Assembly (NCBI GenBank): GCA_008632985.1
Contig: QPGO01000041.1
Coordinates: 62,001 to 126,000 of the forward strand
DNA from: Psammoneis japonica
Taxonomy: Eukaryota
DNA length: 64,000 nt
Direction: 5' to 3'
The position numbers were made by a program, and so were the translations under genes. Numbering within the stretch: the first letter of the stretch is position 1; each line of letters begins with the position of its first letter. A model generated the notes under the pieces. It was not told where the DNA came from, ran no database searches, and saw nothing but the letters and a program-made list of their open reading frames with translations. Shown piece by piece: positions 49,331-61,389 of this stretch.

Positions 49331-51057
49331 CTCAATGCACAGATTAGGATTTAGGATTATCAGTGACTGATTAGCATGAGAAAACACTACTTTAGACAAT
49401 AGTCTTAGTGCAACTAGTTGTTCGTGTGAAATACACAACTCGGCTCAATCTTCGGCTTACGATTCGTCGGCATGTGGTGCCGGTGCGGTAACATGCAGTC
49501 GTCGTCTGCTCGTGTTTTTCACCCAAAAAACGCGCGAAACGATGCAAGACGTTTTTTCCAGCAGCTTTCCGTCCCAGCTCCATGATGCCACGTGTAAAAA
49601 TTAACCCCCCGTTTTAAACCAAATACCCACCTCGATCGACTAACAATATACAGATACGAAGTTCATGACCCTTTTGGGGGCCTAGAATGGGGGTGAACGT
49701 TAGTTACTAACCAATCACTGAAAATCGTCCCTCGTACTTGCCCGTGTAATAAAGGTGCTCCACGAAAAGTTGGTTCTATTTTGAAATACCAGATACCATG
49801 AACAATACATACCTATTACATTCTTGCAAGACATCGGTTTAATGAGGATGAGACCGATAATGCTCATATCTTGTGTATTTTGTTGCTCTAGCAGGGGTCA
49901 AAGTCTAGCTAAAACTTCCAAAAATTTCGAGTCGAGTGGGTCATACGGGATTCAAGACACGTGACTCGCTGTACGATGAAGTGAAATTGACCCGTTCTCG
50001 ACACCGAGATTAGATGATAACATCATCACAAACCGATTTTATGGCAATGTTCTACTTTCTAATTTGTCTTTGACCTCGTGACAACTATATCTGACCTCTT
50101 TCATGCTATAAATGGGTGAAGCAATCCACAAATACTCATTCACAAGCCACACTTTTCTATTTTCAGATTTGACATTTGTGTCTTTGCGATCAATCTAGAG
50201 TATATACAAGCCAGGGAGGAGCTCTATTCACTATTATTTATCATTCTATAGAAGAACAGCATCAGAATATTTTTTCAACCATGTTTGACTGCTTTTTTTC
50301 TTGAACCGTACGCCAACTTCATTCTTCATTTTCACTCTCATCCGCCCGACTCTCTCCCATCTCCCCATTCAAGAATACTTGGCTGAATGCATTACAGTTG
50401 CTTTATCAAAGTCTTCAAAAATAATCGTCTGGTCAATACCATTAGTCAAATGGGTTTGACGATGTGACGACGACGTTATATTCGTCGATGTGCTCATGCT
50501 AGGAAAGACAACAAGAATTGGCTGCATCCGCAAGAAAGTTGAGTGAGACAACAAGTGGTGAGCCTTGGATACATTGATAGCACCATTTTGATTTTCAATT
50601 CACTTGCCTTTTTAAAAACTCGGACTTCAACTCAGTGGGTGCCGAATATCCGGCAAATGGATGCGTCGTCTGCATGCAACATGGCGTCACGAACGGGTGC
50701 AACGGTATGTTTGCATAAAACTCGACTCTCCGCCGTTCTCTGATGGTCCCTTTACAACCCCAAACGAAACATAGTGTAATAAACCTGCTGTAGTAATGGG
50801 ACTAAAAACGACGATTGTTTAGACACCTTATCTACCGCGTCAATGTCATCGTCGGCTCCGGCGGTTTTNNAAAACATACTAAGCTCTACGTGCGTAGAAT
50901 CTGGCCCACTTTTGTACCCGTAGGAATACCACCTTAAGGCCTGGGTCTCATAGCAGCTCCCGGTACCGGTAGATGCATGGCTGCGCGCGATGGTGGCCAC
51001 GCACGCAAGAGTGTCGAAGTGCGCGAACCAAGCAGGAAACTTCCCACCGCAAATTGA

Positions 51058-51873
51058 GACCCGTCGTACTCGTGGCGGAGGGGTGTAATTCGGGGTGTAA
51101 TTTTGGGGTGTAAAAACGCGCGACGCGCGTTTTTACACCCCTCAAAAAAAATTACAGCCAACAAATAGGCCGCCAGAGGCATGTATTTTTTTCCTGTAAA
51201 AAATTCTGCGAGCCTGTAATTTTTCGTACGAAAACAGACTCATCATCGTCCATGACGGCAGATAACATCAGAATTGTCGAACAACAATGGCAACCAACAA
51301 TCAACAACGAACGTCAGTCAATAAGAGATGTGAAAAATCGTTGCTGGGGAGCTATTATGATGTGTTTATGAAAGAAAGAACGGCGAAAAACGATGAGATT
51401 GAAGTCAACGGAGAACAAAATGATGGCAACTCCATGCCTTTTCAGAAGAAAAACACGTCATATGGTTGCTGATACCTTAGATATGGATACAGCAGTAACA
51501 CATAATATTAATCACGTTATTATACATCGATTAGGCTTGTCAGAACAGTGTTTTGATATGTGTAAGGTCGCAGCGGAGCCGCCGAACGCCATGGTGGTTT
51601 GATGCAGTCAATAGCATGTTCAACCTCGCGTACAGATGAGTTGATTAAAAATGGATATATGGTATTATTCCTGATTGAATATCAACATTTTTTCAGGAGT
51701 ATATATTCAACGCATATATCATTGCTCGCAGATTTACAGATGCCAAGTTTCACACTCTCGTACTCGTGCGAAAAATGGGTGTAATTTTGGGGTGTAAATT
51801 CGCGCGATGCGCGTTTTTACACCCCCAAATTACACCCCGAATTACACCCCAATTTCCACGAGTACGACGGGTC
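51058..51873. mobile_element. MITE family B (816 bp), long TIRs, 3-bp TSD TGA (Harbinger/Tourist-like)
   Basis: GACCCGTCGTACTCGTGG...CCACGAGTACGACGGGTC; subterminal GGGGTGTAA repeats; TGA at 51055-51057 and 51874-51876. Confidence 0.88.
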
Positions 51874-51975
51874 TGAAAATAACGCCAACGCAACGAAAAA
51901 CGAAAACCGCCGCCGCTGTTGACGACACTTTTCTGGTTGCAGGTTGTTTAGAACGTTTACCAGTAAGGGTTCAAG

Positions 51976-54444
51976 ATGAATGCAATCAAGGCGTACTTCA
52001 AACCAAAGGACCCCCAGAAACTGGAGGTTCTTTGTCGAATCACAATTGCTGCCACGTTGTCATTTATTCTGTCTGTGGCGGATGTTCCATCGATTGTGCC
52101 TCCTTCGCTCTCGTTCGCAGTGGGCCTCGTGGGAGGTGTAGCTGGTTTCGCCTTTCCTTATCTCATATTTGCACTCGGCGCTGTTTTCTCTAGTTTGATT
52201 GTCAATATCACTGTGGCCTTGCTAGGGCAGAGCGCCCTCTTGGCAGCGGCTTCTGTATCGGATGGGCTCATGGTGGCAATATTTGCGCTGTACACATCAT
52301 GGTGTACTTGTCTTTACTTTGGACCCAACTTTGACAAGACCTCCTCAGCCATGGGACTTCTCTGCTCCATGGCAGGACTCTTGACACTCTCCTATAAGCC
52401 ACTTGTGCAAGAGGCAGATGATGGGTTGGCGGTTGTTCGAGCTCTCTGGACGGAAAAGGGACTGGAAAACCCGCTTGCTGCGAATCGAAATTTTCTTATT
52501 GTATTTTTGTGGGGAATGGCGTGCGTCGCAGTGGCGATTCTTATACCTCCTTTTCGTACGGCACGAGCTGCACTAACGCGAACCGTGATCCCTGGAGCAA
52601 TCATGAATACAGCCGCTTCGATTCAAGGAGACTCAGGAAGTGAAGAAGCCTACAAAAACGCGGGACACTTGTTGAATGTATTGTCACCGTCTGCTGCAGG
52701 GTTGATCTTGTTTGAACCTAGGTTAATCAAGGCTCCGTTAGAGAATGCAGTGCCGAAACTGCAGGCACTTTTGAAATCAACGGCACTTGCTATTCTTGCA
52801 TCCTTGCTCATATCGTCCAGCAAGAGGGAGAGCTGGTCTGAAACCGAAACCGATCTTGCTGATCAGGCCAAGACGTCTCTCAGCAAGGCGGCAAAGGCGC
52901 TAGCAACTTGTGATACAGAAGAGAAAGGCAGCTCTAAAAAGCTTGAGGGGGAACAGAGCGATGATGACGTATCACCCTCTAAGTCCTATGCTTATACTGG
53001 CTACCAGTGTGTCCGCATCTTTTCGGATCGTCTCTTGGATTCTGCCTTGGCTTGGAATCATGCAATGAACCACCCTGATTCACCGTCACCTTGCAGCAAA
53101 GAAGGAATTTCGAACTTGTCAAAGGCAGTTCTACCGTGGGTGCTGGCTCCCTTTGGACCTCTCATCCGGCTGTTGACCTTCCCGTTGGTGCTGTTTCGTC
53201 CAAAGGAATGGAATTTATGGCCGGTTCTGTGGAGCATGAAATATACGGCTGGTCTTGTAGCATTGTTTTCAATGTCTGTGTACTGGGAAGGGTGAGAATC
53301 TGTTTCGCAGGTTAGATAGAATTTCTCAGGATGGTGTATCTTACAACTTGAAACTGTAACGTCCTCTTTTTTTTTTTTAGCTACTCAAACTTTGCTCTGA
53401 AGGAGAATCCCGACGATCAGGTTGGAGCCGGTACGTTATGCTCTACAAGATGTTTTCTGCCAATGAAGCTACGCGCCTGCCACGTCTCACGCTCTTTGTG
53501 TCATTTACCCTATGCATTCATTGTCGATAGTATTCAATGGTTGGAATCTCATGTCGTATACAATTGCCTGGACCGCAACAGTGGAAGGAACGGTGAAAAT
53601 GGCACTGATGCGAATTCTTGGAACTTGTATTGGTGGATTTTGGGGATGGATTGGCGTAATGCTTTGCAGCTTGAGCTACAACCCTGCCCCGGAAGATATT
53701 AATGAGTACGGCTTGGTGGTGTTTCTAACGGTGTCAACCGTCTTTCTAGCCTACTTTTCTCTTGGATCTGGGTTCACATCATATCTTGGACCTAGCGGTA
53801 GCTCGGCGAAGGTTGAGACTTGGACTGTCCTTACGTTCGGAAAAGGTCCCGTGAACGATCTTGTTGCCAATCGCGTCGTTGCAACAGTGTCTGGCGTTGT
53901 CATGGCAGCGATTGTTGCGGCCATTCCGCCTTACACTCTAGGATCAGATCCTAAACACGCAAGGGAGTACTTGGATAGAGTAAAGGACGCCTTCAATTTT
54001 CTTTTGACAGACCTATCAAGTGACGAGGAAAACGACAAGCTTATTGATAAGGATGCGTTCGTGGAATCGTTCAAGGATATACCAACCAAACGAAGAATCG
54101 CCGTGTATCTCCTGAAAGACGCCTCAAAGGCAGAGTGGTTCCCTTTCTACAAGGTTGACGGGCGTCTGATGCCGCTCATAGAAGAAATAACAATGACAGA
54201 GGCCTTGGTGGCCCAGCTTCTCGAAGTTGACATCGCTATGCCAGCTTCCGAAAAGGACCATGCACAAAAGCATGCTTTGCGTATTCTTTCATCGTTGGGC
54301 ACTAGTGAACTAGAGCCATCAAGTCCTTCGGAGAATGACAGAAAAATTTCGTCGCAGTCGGCCGGACATCTTGTGATTACACTCTGCGACAATATTTTCA
54401 GTCGAATCAACCAACACGAGGCAGTGTTTTCAGAACTTGCGTGA
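51976..54444 (+). CDS. Polytopic membrane protein, FUSC/ALMT-like transporter
   Basis: Two hydrophobic bundles; TVEGTVKMALMRILGTCIGG and ANRVVATVSGV motifs; introns near 53292-53380 and 53430-53530. Confidence 0.7.
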
Positions 54445-54599
54445 CTCAATCATGCTCTCACCGGCGGCCGGTAGTGTCATCATGTTGAATCAGGTTACCA
54501 GCAGATATTCTCTGTGAGGAGATAATGACGGATCAGAAGTTAGGAGCCGTCATTGTCATCGGAGCATGAATTGAGGGACCGCTGTTTAACTTGTGGGCT

Positions 54600-56600
54600 G
54601 TATGCACCTTTTTCCTGTAAGTAAAACGAAATGTTCGATTTTGTTCAATCGTTTAGTGAAAGAACAGTAGGAGCGGCGCTATTTCGCATGAAACACTTGC
54701 ACGACCTGAAACCGTCTTCAAACACAAGAGTGCAGCGATTCGGGTCCCGCAACGTGGGAGCACCCCGTTTACAGTCAACCACCAGCCATTCGTCAGCAAC
54801 GACATCGTGGTACTTCCCTTCGATACATCGCGGATGCTCTCCAATGCCATCTCCGTCGCGTAGCAATTCGATCGCCCATTTTTTGCAATTCTTGATGTAA
54901 AAGTAATGCCCCCGTAACCACTTTCCCGTCAACTTCCGCTTCAGTGCCGAGCACTGGGATTATGGTTTAATCGATCGGCAGCAACGTTGCAATCGCCTCG
55001 TGAAACAATTGCTGGTACACGGTCTCCTTGGGGCTCTTCTTTTCACCATCCTTTACCTCGCATGAATTGCGAAGACGACGCGCGGACAAGAACTTGGTTG
55101 CCTGAACGGCAAGCTCGTCAATGTCTTCTGGTTCCCTTGTTGCTGTCCGCGGGAACATGTTGCTGTAGTAGAACCGTTCTGCCGCTGCTAGAGATGTGAA
55201 CTGGCACCTTTCGGTCAAAATTCCAGCCTTGATCAGTCTGTTGGGGGGGGGGGCGCTGTTGGCACTGCTGGCCTTCTTTAGCGTGACGTCTGACTGATCC
55301 TTTCTCAGAGATGACAAAAGAAGTGAAAAGACAACATCATGGGACTGGTGGTCCATTGGGGAGCAGGGGAAGCATCTTTCCAGATTGTCAATGAACTCTT
55401 GATTTTCAACAACCTCGGACATTGCAGCAGCAGCTTCTTCAGCCAGGGCTCGCTTCACTCGAGGTGGGTCTTGCAGTCAAAAACGGATCACACTGGCAAG
55501 AAGACAGTGAGATCTGAAAAATGCTTTTGTGCAGTTCATTGCAGATGCCATCATTGGAAATGATGATGGCTGTTTGTTTGTGGCCAGAGAAGTTTTGATT
55601 GGTGCAGCTCTTGGCAGCAACAAATTCTCTTGGAACTTGAAAAAAAAACAACTGCTGCGTGTTTTGGCATTGTGCACAGCAATTTTGGGTGCTTGTCAAA
55701 GCACGGAAGCACAAAAGTGCAAGCAGCTGGCAGTGTGATGTTGAGCAGTGTGCAAATTGCCTTGTGTTGATTGCACCCTTCTCAAGCAAAAGCTTCTCGT
55801 TTTGTTGAGTGACAAGAAAGACAAGCAGCGCTTGAGTCTTTGATGATGTTCATGCATGCAGAGCCATGGCAGCTGTTGAAAAAGATGACATTTGAGCTGG
55901 CAAAGACTTGCCCAGCCAAAGCAGTTGGAAAATTGAGCTGCTTGCCAATGGGTGGAATGTCTGGGTCCATGTGCTGATGGCAGACACTTGGGGGGTGACT
56001 CGCCATGCACATCTGCCCTGTGGCAGCAAGCCAAGCTTTCAAAGATGTTGCTCATGCTGCAAACAGAGGCACGTGTGGCAGCTCCAACAAAATGTCAAAG
56101 ACATTGTGGGGCAGCAACAAAGCAAAGAGCTTGGCCAGAAAAAAAACATTTGGCTGTGAGAAAAAGGCCCGCCAGGGTGCTTGTGTTAAAAAAAGCCAGT
56201 GGGGCCACAGCATCATCCAGCAACTGCTTTTGTGAGGCTTTTTTCCACACGCACCATTGCTGGACTAACTTTTCACCCATGTGGTGACTGGGAGGAGATG
56301 CCTGCCTGACTCCAAGCAACAAAGCTCAAGCTGCTTGGGGGGGGGGCAAAGGGTCAGCAAAGGAAAAATGTGACTGGGTTTGTTGCAGCAGCAGCTCTTG
56401 TGAAGCCAGGGATGCTGCCACTGGCTGTGGTTGGCTTTGCAGGCACTCTTGCTTCTTGCTGTTCCATGTTGGGTGCCAAAAATTCAGTGTCCACATCTGG
56501 GACACCAGTGATCCAGGTGTCGCACTGGCCATCAAGATTTCTTGAAACAAAACCCGACATTCTCTCCCTTTGGTCCAAGATTGTGCTGATTTGTCAAGTC
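54600..56600 (-). pseudogene. Crinkler (CRN)-like effector gene remnant with C-terminal PD-(D/E)XK REase-like domain
   Basis: ETVYQQLFHEAI, FYI...WAIELL-DG--IGEH...GKY...VVD resemble the CRN C-terminal nuclease-like module; frameshifted; upstream half decayed. Confidence 0.45.
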
Positions 56601-57974
56601 AGCTTTTCTGAAACATTCAACAACAAACATCTGTGTTCCTCAACCCAGCCATTTGCCCCCCCCATCCAACAAGCCTTGTGTGTGTGTTCAACTCCATTTT
56701 AATTTCTGGATTGTGTGTCAATCAACTTTCTGGATCAAAATCGCCGCCCATGTCCATCAATCTAGATTCCAACTGTCTTCTCAATTTTCTCTCCCTTCCC
56801 ATTCCATCCTTCCTTCCCGTCCATCCACGATGCCTTCCATGTTGATCGCACGTTGTTTCTCTGTGTTTCTGCCCTCACTGTGTCCCCAAGTGATTGTTGC
56901 TGCACCCGCTGTTTCCTTTCGATTCTCTTCTCAACTCCTTCGTCTGTGTGCATCGGCCATGTTGTCTGATGGTCTTGTTTGTCCATGGTGCAAACGAACT
57001 GGTTTCTTTTCCAAACGTGGTCTCAGCAGGCACATCGCAACCAACTGCCTCCGTTCCACCATTTCCACCAAGTCTTTCAGTTGTCCTCGTTGCGGACAAC
57101 ATGGACTTGACTCCAAAAACAACGTGCAGCATCACCCATCTCATCACTGCACCGCAGCATCTGGTCTCCATCCCCCGTTGACACAGTTGCGCCGCACAAC
57201 CCAATCATCTTCTTCATCTGGTGGAACATCTCTTTCCTCTCATCCTCTGGATTCCGCCTCCATTGGCTCCCTTGGATCCAACACCAACAAACCCAAATGC
57301 CCCCATTGCCATGTCCCCTTTTCCAACATCACCCTTCATCTGCAGAAGCACTTGCCCTGCCATGAAAAGGAGGAAATGTCCCTTTGCCTGCATGCCGCAT
57401 CTTCTGCTGCCACCAATGCACTTCCCCCTCCAGACGATGAATCGCTGGACAACCATGATGAATCACTGGACGACCATGATGATCCTGCTGGATTTGGTTT
57501 CTCCAACGATGAGCCCCATCCTCCCCTCCCCAAAGTCCTTTGGAATCCAGCTCCATCTCCTCCCACACCAACGGACAATTCTTCTCCAGCTTGTCCTCCC
57601 TCTGCCAGAAATGGGCTGTGCCCACCCTCCGTCAGATGCTCTGGTCGATTGCGTTCAGCCGCCAACGTTGCTGCCACCAGTGCAGCGCCTCCCAAAACAC
57701 CCACCGATTTGTTTTCATTGGAGCCGACCGTCGCGATGGTGGTTGTGGGCCCCCCTCAATTTCCCGTCCGACAGAAGAGCCTGTGTCCTCCCTCGATCCA
57801 CGCAACCCTCTTGGCCCGCCGCATGACATCGCACCCCATGAGGATTTCGATGCACCTCCAGTCTGCTCACCCAGCATTGCACCCATGGTGCATTTGCCAC
57901 ATTTGTGTCGTCGGTCAGGTGTTGCAATTGACTTTGTTGACAAAGCAATGAGAATTTTGCATGAAGAGCATGCA

Positions 57975-58369
57975 GACGCGTTCCAGCCCTAGGTGGGAGC
58001 TCGCAGTGCTGACGTGTGACAACAATAATTTTTATCATCCGTCGTATGTTTCGTACGTAGATTTCTACGTGTGACATTTAAAAAAATTGTCCAGACTCGC
58101 TGTTTTGCGAAGCCCCAGACGTTTTATATGACAAATTTATAGAAACAATAATGCGCCAGTTACATTCTTCAATGTCTGAAGAATGTAACTGGCTAAGTAA
58201 AAAATGATGTACTTCAATCATGTGCGAGTTTGTGCGTTCGCAAAATTGCCTCATTTTCTGTTGGCGATCATTGACATTTTAATTGCCGTGTGATTTTACT
58301 GCGGAGCTCGCACGTAGAAGTCTACGGGCCCAATGTCACACGGATTCCCACCTACGTCTGGAACGCGTC
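57975..58369 (+). mobile_element. MITE family A copy (395 bp), TSD TGCA, least mutated
   Basis: Same TIRs; TGCA on both sides. Confidence 0.92.
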
Positions 58370-58869
58370 TGCAGAAAAAAGACTGGATTTGTCAAAGCCA
58401 CCCGTCACAACCGCCGTGGCGATGAAGCAACTCCTGGGGCCATTTCCCAATGTTCCTCTCCCCCGCACTGCTGCTGCGATGCTAGAGTGTGACAATCCAA
58501 CACAGCAACAGAAGGATGGACCCAAATGTCGTCGCTCCCCACCTTTCCCAGTTTGCAGTTTCACCGAGACCTTGCAGGATCTCTTCACCGAGCCAGTGTT
58601 CCGTGATCTTTCCAAGTTGCAGGCCAGTCCAAATGATGTCTGGTCACCTTGTGTGCCACCCCCCACTGACGGCGATTTGGATCCCAGCGCTGGCCAGGCT
58701 GACGGTTTTGACAAGGCTGCGGAGGACAAGAGATGGAGTTGCCCAAACGTCATCTGTTTGCTGCTCAACATGAGTTGATCAGCGACTTGGACAAGATTCG
58801 GGAGAATGTGGTTAGCTGCGGGAGATGCACTTTGTGTCATGATGATGTGCAGGCTGGCATCAAGTGTGT

Positions 58870-59045
58870 GAACAAAACAGTGATGCCAAAGGCACATGTC
58901 AACAGAAACATGTGTTGATGAAAAACTGATGCCAAATTCTTCTGTTGACAAATGTGCACAATGACAGAAAAGTGATGCCAAATTGCTTTGTCAACACACA
59001 GTTGTGACAACAAAAAAGTGATGCCAAATTGCTCTGTCAACAGAT
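58870..59045 (+). repeat. Four degenerate repeats with core AAAAGTGATGCCAAATTGCT-TGTCAACA
   Basis: Cores near 58875, 58921, 58968 and 59015. Confidence 0.65.
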
Positions 59046-59300
59046 GGGGGCATTGCTGAAAAAGTGACACCTGTCATTTGCAATTGTTCATCATGCACAT
59101 TCTTCCAAAAGAGTTTGTTTGTGGTGCAGAATGAACGGTGGATGGCAGCTGTTCCTTTGTGTCTGCCGCGGCGGCAATGTGAAAATGTCTCACAACAGCA
59201 CCAACAGGACAGTGTGCAACAAAATTGTTTTCCACTCTTTTGAGATGGCTGGGATGACCCATTTGATGAGATCATGCAGCAAACAGGATCGACGAAGATC

Positions 59301-59443
59301 ACATCACATGGGACTGTTTAAGAAAAAAACGTCTGTGGTGCACCCGACAGATGGACTGCCGTTGACAACACATCACATGGGACCATTTATGAAAAAAACG
59401 TCTGTGGTGCACACAACAGATGGACCGCCATTGGCAACACATG
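59301..59443 (+). repeat. Two-copy tandem repeat of about 69 bp
   Basis: acatcacatgggac..ttta.gaaaaaaacgtctgtggtgcac...acagatggac occurs twice. Confidence 0.85.
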
Positions 59444-59829
59444 TCCAGTGAGAAAGCCGTTTTCATTGCACAGCAATGGATGTGGACTTTTGCTAGATTG
59501 GGTCTGTTCCACCTAAAAAAAAGACTGGGTGCCATTTGATTTGGTGGAGCAAGCATTTTCAGAGAATGGCGCGGAAGTGTTCTGCGAACGGATGCTGGAA
59601 ATTTGCCCGTTGACCAACAACGTTGTGTCAGAAACATGGCAAGTTGCTGACACAACCTGGCGAAATGAAATCTCATGTCGTCAAGAGTGAGACGGCCAGG
59701 TCCAAAGAAAGAGTGCACCAGGAAGGAAAAAAAGGCTGCTTGCAAAAATTCAAAACACCACTGCCCCTGCTCAACCAGATGACAACACTGGCAAACAAGG
59801 CACCAAGCAGCAAGCGAGAGAAGGAAGGA

Positions 59830-60330
59830 CACTGCTTTGTTGGTGAGTTCGCCATTGGCAAAAAGGACAAGGTGGAAGGTGTTGGGTTGGCAGAAAAAAT
59901 GTTGGAGTTAATTCCTGGCTTTCCCCCAGCACAGGTGATTTGTGCAGAAAGACATCCCGGCACACAGCAGCAAACGCTCCTGCTTCAAGTTCAAGATCAA
60001 ACTTCTTGTCAAAGGGGGAAATTCATCGCGATCACTTGGAAACAAAATTGTCACCTGGTGACAAAATTTTCACCATGTTTCTGTTCCTCGATGACACAAC
60101 GGAGCACAATGGTGCAGTTGAGACATGGCCGGATGGTTGTGAGGTGACATTGAATGAGAAGGAATGTGAAAGACACTTGGTTGGGTTGGGTTTGGAAAAA
60201 CAAAATTGCTGGTTGGAGAAGCAGGCACTGCATTTGTTTTTGATGCAAGAATGTTGCACCGAGCTTTGCCCAACAAAACGAATTCGGATCGAAGGAACAT
60301 GGTGTGTCTGGTCCACAATTTTGACATGGC
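59830..60330 (+). pseudogene. PhyH-like 2OG-Fe(II) dioxygenase remnant within the decayed element
   Basis: GEIHRD...FTMFLFLDD-T--NGA---WP then, after a frameshift, GEAGTAFVFDARMLHRALPN-T---R. Confidence 0.6.
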
Positions 60331-60993
60331 AAGCATGTGAACACAGTGAGCATGTGAACAAGTGGTTGTTGGAATGCAAAACCAGTGAAGCAGCAAGTTG
60401 GCAGAGGCAAAAAGTGGGTTTGTGCAAAGGGCCAATTGAAAATGCATTGCTTGCACAGAAGAAAGTCACATCACAAACAAAGGGGAACTGCAAAGTCACC
60501 CACTTTTGGCAGGCTTGAATTTTCATTTGATGTCAGACCCCAGGTCGTTCCTGGTGGAATGCCTTGGCTCCACGGCATCGTCTCTTTTCTTGGTGCACTT
60601 GTGAAGCAGGTGCCCATCAACACCACCTCCCCATGATGGATCGTCTGGACAGGCAGGAACAAAGAATGCTCCATGCCTCCATTTGTGGGCATGCACACAA
60701 AACATCACGTCCAGCAAAATGACAATGGCACCTTCAGGACACTCGTTGGACAGCATCTCCTTGAGTTGGTTCTGTGTCGCATTGTTGTCAAAAAGCATTC
60801 GCCCATTGCAGTTGTTGAAGAAAATCTTTAAGTTGTTCAGACGGTGCAACCGACGCACAGCATCATCTTCAGAGAGGAAGTCCTGTTTGATCAGGGTGGG
60901 ACAGCGACTGGTGTGGTCATGCCAGATGGCATTGCACCACTGAGAGCCCAAATCATGACGGGGGCTGTGGAACTCGATGCTGCAGGCATTGCA

Positions 60994-61389
60994 GACGCGT
61001 TCCAGACGCAGGTGGGAATCCATGTGACATTGGGCCCGTAGACTTCTACGTGCGAGCTCCGCAGTAAAATCACACGGCAATTAAAATGTCAATGATCGCC
61101 AACAGAAAATGAGGCAATTTTGCGAATGCACAAACTCGCACATGATTGAAGTGCATCATTTTTTACTCAGCCAGTTACATTCTTCAGACATTGAAGAATG
61201 TAACTGGCGCATTGTTGTTTCTATAAATTTGTCACATGAAACGTCTGGGGCTTCGCAAAACAGCGAGTCTGGGCAATTTTTTTTAAATGTCACACGTAGA
61301 AATCTGCGTGCGAAATGTGCGACGGATGACAAAAATCATTGTTGTCACACGTCAGTGCTGCGAGCTCCCACCTGGGGCTGGAACGCGTC
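60994..61389 (-). mobile_element. MITE family A copy (396 bp), inverted, TSD TGCA
   Basis: Reverse complement of 57975-58369; TGCA on both sides. Confidence 0.92.

Larger units (their letters stand above)
45697..49594. mobile_element. PIF/Harbinger-type DNA transposon, two divergent ORFs, TpA-mutated (ends approximate)
   Basis: DDE_Tnp_4-like ORF on minus strand, accessory ORF on plus strand; 17-bp inverted repeat AGCTGCTGGAAAAAACG at 45732-45748 and 49550-49566. Confidence 0.7.

Noticed and set aside
50860..50880. Sequence around NN at 50869-50870
   Set aside because: Assembly gap or ambiguity; adjacency across it is not interpretable.
58870..59045. CRISPR-like repeat-spacer array
   Set aside because: Only four degenerate units with short related spacers, no cas genes, eukaryotic context.
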